Assembly: GCA_036507115.1 (NCBI GenBank)
Contig: DASXQO010000230.1
Location: 1-62,693, forward strand
Direction of reading: 5' to 3'
Origin: Candidatus Eiseniibacteriota bacterium
GTDB lineage: Bacteria; Eisenbacteria; RBG-16-71-46; SZUA-252
Length of the DNA: 62,693 nucleotides
The notes under the pieces are model-generated. The model had not been told where the DNA came from, did no database searches, and saw nothing but the letters and a program-made list of their open reading frames with translations. The position numbers and the translations under genes were made by a program. Below are positions 1-7,215 of this stretch, one piece after another (position 1 is the first letter of the stretch; each line of letters begins with the position of its first letter).

Positions 1-659
1 GCCGCCGGCTCTACCTTCGCTTCAGGAGGGGCCGTTCGCTCGACATCCAGCGCGTCGAACGCCATCTCCTGAAAATCCTGCACCTTGGCTTCGTATTTCT
101 TCGGCGTCTCGACATCGAAGGACTCGATCGTGTGCAAACCGAGAGAAATCTCGCCCAGGTACTCTTCTTCGCGCGGCGGTTGAACCGGTTGCCAGGTCAT
201 TTCCCCTTGCGCAACCACCAGGTCGGGCGGACGCACTTCGGGAAATTCTCCGGATGTGATCTGGTGGAGCGCCGATTGCGATTCGAGGTCGCCTGGATCG
301 ATGCGGCAGACGGCGCGGTAGAAATCCGAGGCGTTGCCGTGACGGCCTTCGTGCGAGAGGATTCCCGCGAGTGCCTTCAGGGCGACGACGTTCTCGCGGT
401 CGAGCTGGACCGCGGCTTCGAATTGCCCCCGCGCTTCGATGAGACGCCCCGCGGCGAGATAGCATCGGCCGAGGACGATGCGGTCCCCGACGCCCGACCC
501 GGGACGGCCGCGCCGCTCCTCGCAGAGCCGTATCGCCTCTTCGATCCGGCCCTGCTCGCGCATGCGTTCCGCGACCGGAAGATAGAGCGGTGACGAGGGA
601 TCCTGGGAAACGATCCGCTCGAGAATCGCGGTTGAATCGTTGCGTGCGTCCTCGGACAT
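1..659 (-). CDS. TPR-repeat protein, N-terminal part only (continues past the left window edge)
   Basis: Not in the ORF track because it is open at the window edge. My translation of the minus strand from ATG 659-657 reads MSEDARNDSTAILERIVSQDPSSPLYLPVAERMREQGRIEEAIRLCEE...GRCYLAAGRLIEARGQFEAAVQLDRENVVALKALAGIL... and runs uninterrupted to position 3, with TPR-like helix pairs. The tracked ORFs 22..465(-) and 132..593(+) translate to Arg/Pro-rich junk. Confidence 0.6.
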   Translation of the reverse strand, partial: MSEDARNDSTAILERIVSQDPSSPLYLPVAERMREQGRIEEAIRLCEERRGRPGSGVGDRIVLGRCYLAAGRLIEARGQFEAAVQLDRENVVALKALAGILSHEGRHGNASDFYRAVCRIDPGDLESQSALHQITSGEFPEVRPPDLVVAQGEMTWQPVQPPREEEYLGEISLGLHTIESFDVETPKKYEAKVQDFQEMAFDALDVERTAPPEAKVEPA

Positions 660-666
660 CAGCCCC

Positions 667-1758
667 TCAGGGTTTCTGGACGAGGCTCAAGAGTACCCCC
701 CGGAGCGAGGTAAGCGAAGGTAGTTCATAGGTTTTAGCCGCTCCGATCGCGGGGGACAATACCATTCGAAGAGGTACTCGTCCACGCTTCTTGTCCTTCT
801 CGAGCGCCCTCCAGAACGCAGCATTGGGCGGGCGCTCGAGGCGCACCGGAAGCCCCAGGGATCGAAGCAGTTCCTCCGTGTCGCGCGCGTCGCCCGGATC
901 GAGCCCCGCGTGTCGCACGCTCATCCGGAGCGCCGCGACCATGCCGATCGAAACCGCCTCGCCGTGGGTGAGGCGCCCGTAGCCATACGACGCTTCGAGC
1001 GCGTGCCCGACCGTGTGGCCGAAATTGAGCGCCTGCCTCGCCCCGCGATCGTTCGGATCGCGCGAGACGTACCAGGCCTTTTCCGTGGCCGCGGCGCGGA
1101 TCAAGCTCTGGACGCGCGCGCCCTCCGGGTGTCCGGCGCTTCCCGCGAGGAGCCGTACGCCTCTGAGAATCGAGGGACGGCGGATCACGCCCATCTTCAC
1201 GATCTCCGCGAGGCCGGAGCGGAACGCGCGGGGCTTCAGCGTGCGGAGGACGTCGGGGTCGCAGAAGACCCCGCGCGGGTGGTGGAACGCCCCGAGGAGA
1301 TTCTTCCCGCCGGCGAGATTCACCCCGACCTTGCCGCCGATTCCCGCGTCCGCCTGCGCGAGAAGCGTCGTCGGAAAGACGAACCAGTCGAGCCCTCGCG
1401 CGTAGGTGGCGGCGGCGAACCCCGCGACGTCGGAGACGACTCCTCCTCCCAGAGCCAATACCGGAACCGAACGATCCACGCGCCATCCCGCCCAGCGATC
1501 GCAGAGGGACCGAACCCACGCGAGGGTCTTCGAACGCTCTCCCGGCGGAAGGGCGAGCACCCGGGGCTTGAATCCCGCGCGCTGGAGGCTCGCGAGGAAG
1601 CGCCCGCCGTGAAGACGGGCGACGGTGCGGTCGGTGACGACGAGGAGCGTCTCCGGAGCGCGCGCCCCGAGCAGGAGGCCCCCCGCCCGGTCGAGAAGTC
1701 CTGCATCGATCCGGACCGGATAGCGGATGCGCTCGCGGGCGACCCGGACCTGGATCAT
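667..1758 (-). CDS. aroB: 3-dehydroquinate synthase
   Basis: C-terminal 363 aa of tracked ORF 667..2367, starting MIQVRVARERIRYPV. Contains GGGVVSDVAGFAAATYARG and NFGHTVGHALE motifs. ATG 1758 overlaps the upstream stop (ATGA). Confidence 0.9.
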   Translation of the reverse strand: MIQVRVARERIRYPVRIDAGLLDRAGGLLLGARAPETLLVVTDRTVARLHGGRFLASLQRAGFKPRVLALPPGERSKTLAWVRSLCDRWAGWRVDRSVPVLALGGGVVSDVAGFAAATYARGLDWFVFPTTLLAQADAGIGGKVGVNLAGGKNLLGAFHHPRGVFCDPDVLRTLKPRAFRSGLAEIVKMGVIRRPSILRGVRLLAGSAGHPEGARVQSLIRAAATEKAWYVSRDPNDRGARQALNFGHTVGHALEASYGYGRLTHGEAVSIGMVAALRMSVRHAGLDPGDARDTEELLRSLGLPVRLERPPNAAFWRALEKDKKRGRVPLRMVLSPAIGAAKTYELPSLTSLRGVLLSLVQKP

Positions 1759-2723
1759 CGCGCGGAGAGCGTCTCCGCGATCGCCTGGAGCTCGCGCAGA
1801 TAGGGCAGCTTGGGCCTTCCCGGCGCGAAGACCGCAAGGTCCACGTAGAAGCGCTTCCCCTCGCGCGTCACCTCGTAGAAGCGATACGGTCCCGCGGCAC
1901 TCACCTCGGAGTCCTCCCACCGGCCGTGGATCTGACGCCCGGCGCCCGCGAGCTCCCCGGACGTGAGGGTCGGATCGATCCGATCGAGCGTGCGCTCGTT
2001 CGGACGGAAGATGCGCGCGAGCGACGCGCGGGCGCGCTTGAGATCGGCCGCCGGCGTCCCCCGACCGTCGGGCACGATTCGCAGCAGGCGCGTCGGGGGG
2101 CCCTGCTCGAGGAGGAGTACCGCGCGGGTCCTGGGATCGATCCGCACTTCGTATCCGCGCGGCACGCGGAGGCTGAATCCCAGGAGCTTCCCGAGCCTCC
2201 GCTCCGCGTGGGAATCGCGCGGGAGCGCCAGGAGCCGCGAGCGCACGGTGGCGAAGGTGGCGCGGTCGAGTTCGAGGAAGAGCCGATTCTGATATTCGGT
2301 CAAGAGTGGAAGGAGGTTCTCCCGCCTTTCGGTCCAGAACATTCCCGCGGCCTGGCCGCGGAGCCACACGTCGGGAGCGAACACGAATGGCTCCCGCGCG
2401 CCCGCGCGCAATCGACTCAGGGGCTCGAGCGGTTCGGGGATTTCATCCTTGGAACCGTAGCCGAAAAAGAGCACGGTCCGCGCACGGAACACCCGCGCGT
2501 CGTCTGCGGCCACGAGGCGCACGCTGTAGGCCGTCTCGTCCTCGATCCGGATCGCCGGGCGTTCGAGAACGGCGCGCAGGAGGAGAATCTCGGGAGAATC
2601 CGAGGGGAGCGACGTGACGACGCTGAGCTCGCGGCTTCCCCCCTCCGCGAAGGGACGCCCGCCACACGTGGTACACGTGATCGCGAGCGGCAAGAGAAGA
2701 ACCCCGGCGAACCTGCGCACCAT
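1755..2723 (-). CDS. Predicted lipoprotein of unknown function (possibly DUF4837-like)
   Basis: C-terminal 322 aa of tracked ORF 1755..3392. MVRRFAGVLLLPLAITCTTCGG looks like a signal peptide plus a lipobox-like LAITC. The family assignment is tentative. Confidence 0.6.
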   Translation of the reverse strand: MVRRFAGVLLLPLAITCTTCGGRPFAEGGSRELSVVTSLPSDSPEILLLRAVLERPAIRIEDETAYSVRLVAADDARVFRARTVLFFGYGSKDEIPEPLEPLSRLRAGAREPFVFAPDVWLRGQAAGMFWTERRENLLPLLTEYQNRLFLELDRATFATVRSRLLALPRDSHAERRLGKLLGFSLRVPRGYEVRIDPRTRAVLLLEQGPPTRLLRIVPDGRGTPAADLKRARASLARIFRPNERTLDRIDPTLTSGELAGAGRQIHGRWEDSEVSAAGPYRFYEVTREGKRFYVDLAVFAPGRPKLPYLRELQAIAETLSAR

Positions 2724-2772
2724 GATGGGCCGCAGGCTACCACACGGTGCGGCGAGGGACCAGCGACCGGGG

Positions 2773-2828
2773 CGCGGCGGCCCCGAACTAGCGGCCGGAG
2801 CGCGGCGGCCCCGAACTAGCGGCCGGAG
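2773..2828. repeat. Perfect tandem duplication, 2 x 28 bp (cgcggcggccccgaactagcggccggag)
   Basis: Read directly: 2773-2800 and 2801-2828 are identical. The right copy contains the TAG stop (2816-2818, minus strand) of the HtrA-like gene. Confidence 0.95.
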
Positions 2829-4003
2829 GGTCCTTCGAGCTCCTTGATTCTTTTCTGGACTCTCTTTGCTTCCGCTTCGAGCTTCTGGCGTGATCGCTTC
2901 AGGCGCTCCAGCTCCCCGGCCCGGCCGGCCGGAGGAGCCATGGCGGGTGGCCGCACGGTGGCGTCGAGCGTGGTGCGCACCGGGAAGATCTCGGGGCCGC
3001 GCGAGACCGTCATCTCGATCTCGTCCCCCGGCCTCGACGCGTGCACGAGGGAGGTGATCTCGTCTCCGGAATGGATGACCGTCCCCTCGAACGCGAGGAT
3101 CCGGTCTCCCGGCTTGAGTCCCGCCCGGTCCGCCGGGCTCTTCGGGACGATGCCCTCCACGAGCACTCCGAGGCTGTCGGCGAGAATTCCACGGCGCATC
3201 TGGATCCCCAGAAACGCACGCCGGACGCTCCCGTATTCCTCGAGATCGTCCGCGATCCGTTGCAACTGATCGACCGGGAGCGCGATCAGGAGATCGCTCG
3301 GCTTGCGGTCGGAGCCGTCGGGCTCCGCGACGGGCGACGGGGGGGTGCGCGCGGACGCCTGCTCCGCCCGCCCGACCACGATCGCGACCCACTCCCCCCC
3401 CTCGTTCAGCACGGCCCCGCCGCTCGCGCCCGGATACGCGGACGCCTCGATTTCGACGATGTCGCCGGAATAGGGGAAGTCGACCCGCTCGCCGCGGCCG
3501 ACCACCTGACCGAGCGTGATCTGCGGCCGCGTGATGCTCACGTTGGCGATGACGGCCACCCAGGAGCCGGGTGCTACGGACTGCGGGGACGCCTGGCGGA
3601 GGGGCGTAAGCGGCGGCCCGTCCACAGAGAAGAGCGCGATGTTGGATTGGCGATCCACGCCGCGGATCCGGGCCTCGCGCTTCAGGCCCTCCGCCAGCAG
3701 CACGCTGAAGGAGCCGCCGGGAATCGCCATGCTCGCGGTGGTGAGGAGCCGTTGGGGGCTCAGGACCACCGCCGTGCCGATCAAACGCCGCAGCGGCCGG
3801 TCCGGCCGCGGCCGCTCCGACCCGGGCATGGCGACCAGGGTCACGACGCTGGTTCGCGCGGAATCGACGCCGATGAGGAGGGTGGCTTCTTCGGATCTCA
3901 GCGGGAGGATGCTCTGGGCAAGCGCCTGGGAAGACGCGACGACGAGCGATGCGACGGCGACGAGCGTGAGGGTGACTTGAGGCCGGATTCGGGTCACGGG
4001 CAT
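2816..4003 (-). CDS. HtrA/DegP-family protein with PDZ domain, predicted catalytically inactive (no His in the protease domain)
   Basis: Signal peptide MPVTRIRPQVTLTLVAVASLVVASSQALA. Trypsin-like fold motifs and GASGGAV at the serine site. LLTTASMAI stands where the TN-x-HV His motif is expected, and QSNIALFSV where SDIAL is expected. PDZ segment GVLVEGIVPKSPADRAGLKPGDRILAFEG. C-terminal coiled-coil-like ELERLKRSRQKLEAEAKRVQKRIKELE. Confidence 0.8.
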   Translation of the reverse strand: MPVTRIRPQVTLTLVAVASLVVASSQALAQSILPLRSEEATLLIGVDSARTSVVTLVAMPGSERPRPDRPLRRLIGTAVVLSPQRLLTTASMAIPGGSFSVLLAEGLKREARIRGVDRQSNIALFSVDGPPLTPLRQASPQSVAPGSWVAVIANVSITRPQITLGQVVGRGERVDFPYSGDIVEIEASAYPGASGGAVLNEGGEWVAIVVGRAEQASARTPPSPVAEPDGSDRKPSDLLIALPVDQLQRIADDLEEYGSVRRAFLGIQMRRGILADSLGVLVEGIVPKSPADRAGLKPGDRILAFEGTVIHSGDEITSLVHASRPGDEIEMTVSRGPEIFPVRTTLDATVRPPAMAPPAGRAGELERLKRSRQKLEAEAKRVQKRIKELEGPSGR

Positions 4004-4033
4004 CTGGACGCGCTCCGACTCAGACGGCTTCGC

Positions 4034-4747
4034 CTAGAAGACGATGTACACGCCGTCGTCGGCAGTCCCGCTGACCGGAACGACGGTGGGATCCTGTCCT
4101 TGGCGACCGCGCTCGATATAGAACTGATCGTTGATGATTTCATCGTTGTAGAGCTGGCGCGGGATCCCGCCGTCCACGATCGAGTCGCGCCCGGCCGATG
4201 TCGGCTCCGAGGCGCTCGCGACGACCGAAGTCCGGCGTTGCGCCGGGGTGGCCCGTCCCGGCGAGGGTACGCTCGGTTCGGTCGAGATCGACGCGGAAGG
4301 CGAAGAAACATCCGGAGCGACCTGCGCGACCGTCGCGGGCTCTTGCGGCCGCGACGCGCTCGAGGGCGGCGCCGTGTGGTTCGAGCGCAACCAGTCATTC
4401 CCCACCGGGGAGACCAGGACCGCGAGGAACACGGCGCAGACGCCGGCGCCCGCCATGAAAACCGGCCTCAAGCGGGCGGGTACGAGGAGCTCGCGGATCA
4501 GTTCCGCGGCGCTCGGGCGAAGGCCTTCGCCGGAGCGGATCCGCGCGAACACATCCTCGTCGAAATGCGCGCTCGGCGCTACCTCGGGCATCCGTTCCAG
4601 AAGCGACATCGTTGCCCGCACCTCGCGCATGGCGAGCGAGCAGCGACGACACCCCATGAGATGCGCCTCCAGAGTGCGGCGCTCCTCCTGGCTGATCTCG
4701 TCTTCGATGTAGGACGAGAACAAGGACTCGACCGACCGGCAGTTCAT
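4034..4747 (-). CDS. Anti-sigma factor (zf-HC2 type), single-pass membrane protein
   Basis: HLMGCRRC (H-x3-C-x2-C) near the N-terminus. TM segment VFMAGAGVCAVFLAVLVSPV. Ser/Pro-rich periplasmic part ending ...DDGVYIVF. 4-nt ATGA overlap with the sigma gene upstream. Confidence 0.8.
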   Translation of the reverse strand: MNCRSVESLFSSYIEDEISQEERRTLEAHLMGCRRCSLAMREVRATMSLLERMPEVAPSAHFDEDVFARIRSGEGLRPSAAELIRELLVPARLRPVFMAGAGVCAVFLAVLVSPVGNDWLRSNHTAPPSSASRPQEPATVAQVAPDVSSPSASISTEPSVPSPGRATPAQRRTSVVASASEPTSAGRDSIVDGGIPRQLYNDEIINDQFYIERGRQGQDPTVVPVSGTADDGVYIVF

Positions 4748-5367
4748 GCGTCCTCCAGATTCAGATGTGGCTTGAGCCGTTCCTTCAACATCAACCGGGC
4801 GCGATTGATTCGCGATCGCACCGTCCCGCCCGGGATTCGGAGGATCTCTCCAACTTCTTCGTAGCTCAGTCCCTCGATGTCGCGCAGGACGACCGCCTCG
4901 CGATACCGGGCGGGAATTTTCTCGAGCGCCTCCGCCACGCGCCGGCGGATCTCGCTCGCGTTCAGGTCTTCATCGGGCAGGGGTTTCAGATCGGGGAACG
5001 CGAGCCCCTGCCCTCCGGAATCCTCTTCCATCGCGTCCAGGCTGAACGTGCCTTTGTGCCGGACGCGGCTCCGGATCTCGTTCTTGGTCAGATTGACCGC
5101 GATCGTGAAGATCCACGTCGAGAACTTGCCGCTTTTCCGGTAGCGCTCGCGGTTTCGGTAGACCCGGAGGAAGACCTCCTGGCTGATCTCCTCCGCGCGG
5201 TCCCGATCATTGATGAAGCGGCACACGAGGTTCATGATCCGCGAGCGATACCGCTGGACGAGCGCGCGAAACGCCGTCTCGGAGCCCAGGGCACAGCGCT
5301 CCATGACGTCTTCGTCGGTCAGCTCGGCTAATTCGAGCTTTTTCACTAAACGTAGCTCGCTGGGCAT
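4744..5367 (-). CDS. ECF (sigma-70 family, group 4) RNA polymerase sigma factor
   Basis: 207-aa C-terminal part of tracked ORF 4744..5562, starting MPSELRLVKK. Region 2 FRALVQRYRSRIMNLVCRFINDRDRAEEISQEVFLRVY. Region 4 YREAVVLRDIEGLSYEEVGEILRIPGGTVRSRINRAR. Confidence 0.9.
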   Translation of the reverse strand: MPSELRLVKKLELAELTDEDVMERCALGSETAFRALVQRYRSRIMNLVCRFINDRDRAEEISQEVFLRVYRNRERYRKSGKFSTWIFTIAVNLTKNEIRSRVRHKGTFSLDAMEEDSGGQGLAFPDLKPLPDEDLNASEIRRRVAEALEKIPARYREAVVLRDIEGLSYEEVGEILRIPGGTVRSRINRARLMLKERLKPHLNLEDA

Positions 5368-5384
5368 CACTCTCCGTGGTGGGG

Positions 5385-5412
5385 GATACACCGCGTCGAG
5401 TTCGCCGGTTCC
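5385..5412 (-). promoter_or_regulatory. Possible ECF-type autoregulated promoter (GGAAC ... GTATC)
   Basis: The minus strand reads GGAACC (5412-5407), an 17-nt spacer, then GTATC (5389-5385), in the 61-nt gap upstream of the ECF sigma gene. Only a loose match to AAC/-10 ECF patterns. Confidence 0.2.
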
Positions 5413-5428
5413 GGAAAGGGTTGGATTC

Positions 5429-7108
5429 TTAGGGCTTGGAGAAGAGGGTGAGTCCCGCCGGGCTGGACGGGCCGCGCTTGCCGCGCCCCCGGGATTCGGC
5501 CGCCTTGGCCTCGCCATCCAGCCGTAGGGCCCGGCACACCCGGCCGAGCATGAACTCGGCATCGGAACCCGAGTCGCGGCAACGCACCGCGCGCCTCAAC
5601 AGATCTCTCGCTAACTCCAATTGCCCCATGCTGTAGCGGATACTTCCAAGCAGCGCCAGAGCCCGCCCATTCACGGGATCGAGTTCCACCGCACGATCGA
5701 GCCTCTGGAGCGCCCGATCCACCGCTCCCTGATTAAGATCTGATGCTGCGAGAAAGTAAAGGCACTCGGAATTCTCCCGGCCCAGGCTATTCAGTTTCTG
5801 GAAGGCCCATTCCGCCACCAGGCTGTCGCCGATCGAGGCCGCGGTCTGGCCCAATTCCGCGTAGAGCATGGGATTGTCGGGTCCCCGCAAGGCCCCCTCC
5901 CGCATGAGCGAGACGGCCTCCTCCGGATGCCGGAGGAGAATGTAGCAGAGAGCGCCCGCCAGCACCCGGCGGGGATTGTTCAGCAACCCGTCCCGGATCT
6001 GCTCCAGCGTCCGGACGCCGGTTCGCCTGTCGCCGACCTTGATCTCCAGATAGGCGACCATGAGCGACTCTTCCTGCGCCAGAGCGCGGAGTTTCAGGAG
6101 CTTGTGGTAGCAGCGGAGCGCCGGCTTGTGATACGCGAGCGCCACCAGCGCCCGGGCCTTGATGGGCAGCGCGGCCCGTTGGTCCCCAAGCGGTTTCACC
6201 GCTTCAAGTGCCGCTCGATAGTCGCCGTCGCGCAGGAGCGCGCGGCCAGCTTCGACGCGGACGTCGATCGGGTCGAAACCGCGCTGCGCCATCCGGCCCA
6301 GGAGAGCCTTCGCACCCTTCCGGTCCCCCTCGCGGAACAGGTAGGAGAGATACGCGGCCACCTGCTCGGGGACCGCGTCCGAGGCTTCGGCGCGACGGCG
6401 AAGGAGCCGCTCCTCGAGCGCCGTGTCACCCAGCCGCCGGGCCAGCTCCACACCCAGTCCCAAGGTCCGGGGGTCGTCCGGGTTGATTTCGAGGGCGAGC
6501 TGGAGCGCGTCCCCGGCCTCGTCCAACCGGCCGTCCTCGAGCGCCATGCCCAATACGCCGGACGCCACCCATCCGAAATCGGGCATGAGCTCGTCCGTGC
6601 GCCTGAGATCGGCCAGCGCCGCCTCGTACTTCTTGTCCAGTTCGTGCGCGAGTGCGCGGAGGGCGTAGAGCTCCGGGCGCGCGCCCATACGCCGGAGCGG
6701 CGGAGTGAGCGCCTTCACGGCGACCGAGGCTTCCCCCGCGCGGAGCCGCATCCGTCCCACGAGCATCGCCGCGTCGGCATTGAGGCTGTCGCACGCGAGC
6801 GAGCGGTCTCCCCATTCGAGCGCCCGCACGTCGTCGCCGGAGGACTCGAGGATCTGGGCGAACCGCGAAGCGGCGTAGCTCGATCCGGGGTCTTCCGTCG
6901 AGAGCGCCTCGGCCCACACGGCGGCTCCTTCCAGATTGCCGCTCTCCTGCTCGAGGGTCGAGCGCACGAGGAATTCGATGGTCGATGGAACGATGCGGGA
7001 GGACAGGGGCTCTGCGGGGGAGGATCCGGCGAACGCCGCGACGAGAATCAAGGGCAGCATTCCCCTACCCATCCATGAGGCCAGGGAAGATTTTGGGTCT
7101 CTGTTCAC
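5429..7108 (-). CDS. Secreted TPR-repeat protein
   Basis: Signal-peptide-like MGRGMLPLILVAAFAGSSPAEP followed by many TPR-like repeats. The start is uncertain: GTG 7108, or an ATG 12 or 16 codons downstream. Confidence 0.7.
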   Translation of the reverse strand: MNRDPKSSLASWMGRGMLPLILVAAFAGSSPAEPLSSRIVPSTIEFLVRSTLEQESGNLEGAAVWAEALSTEDPGSSYAASRFAQILESSGDDVRALEWGDRSLACDSLNADAAMLVGRMRLRAGEASVAVKALTPPLRRMGARPELYALRALAHELDKKYEAALADLRRTDELMPDFGWVASGVLGMALEDGRLDEAGDALQLALEINPDDPRTLGLGVELARRLGDTALEERLLRRRAEASDAVPEQVAAYLSYLFREGDRKGAKALLGRMAQRGFDPIDVRVEAGRALLRDGDYRAALEAVKPLGDQRAALPIKARALVALAYHKPALRCYHKLLKLRALAQEESLMVAYLEIKVGDRRTGVRTLEQIRDGLLNNPRRVLAGALCYILLRHPEEAVSLMREGALRGPDNPMLYAELGQTAASIGDSLVAEWAFQKLNSLGRENSECLYFLAASDLNQGAVDRALQRLDRAVELDPVNGRALALLGSIRYSMGQLELARDLLRRAVRCRDSGSDAEFMLGRVCRALRLDGEAKAAESRGRGKRGPSSPAGLTLFSKP

Positions 7109-7152
7109 GCGCCGTCTCCGGACCGGGTAAGGAAATGGAGGGAAGCCCGCAT
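7105..7152 (-). other. Possible 15-codon upstream ORF (MRASLHFLTRSGDGA) coupled to the TPR gene start
   Basis: ATG 7152 is preceded by GGGGGAGGGAGG. Its TGA stop (7107-7105) overlaps GTG 7108 of the TPR ORF (GTGA). Confidence 0.2.
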
Positions 7153-7185
7153 AGACCTCCCTCCCCCTGTCGAGACGACGTGCGG

Positions 7186-7215
7186 ATTATAACAACTCTA
7201 AGGCTCGGACTGCAA
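7186..7215 (-). promoter_or_regulatory. Sigma70-type promoter candidate (TTGCAG-N18-TATAAT) spanning the rnc stop codon
   Basis: Perfect TATAAT (minus strand, 7191-7186), unusual in this GC-rich sequence. TTGCAG lies at 7215-7210. It is upstream of the TPR gene and a 15-codon uORF. Confidence 0.4.

Noticed and set aside
2773-2828. Possible CRISPR or other repeat array
   Set aside because: Only two directly adjacent copies with no spacers, and no cas genes in the window. It is reported as a tandem duplication instead.
3041-4864. 607-aa plus-strand ORF
   Set aside because: Antisense to the HtrA-like, anti-sigma and sigma genes. Its translation is Arg/Gly/Asp/His-rich with no recognisable motifs, typical of a high-GC shadow ORF.
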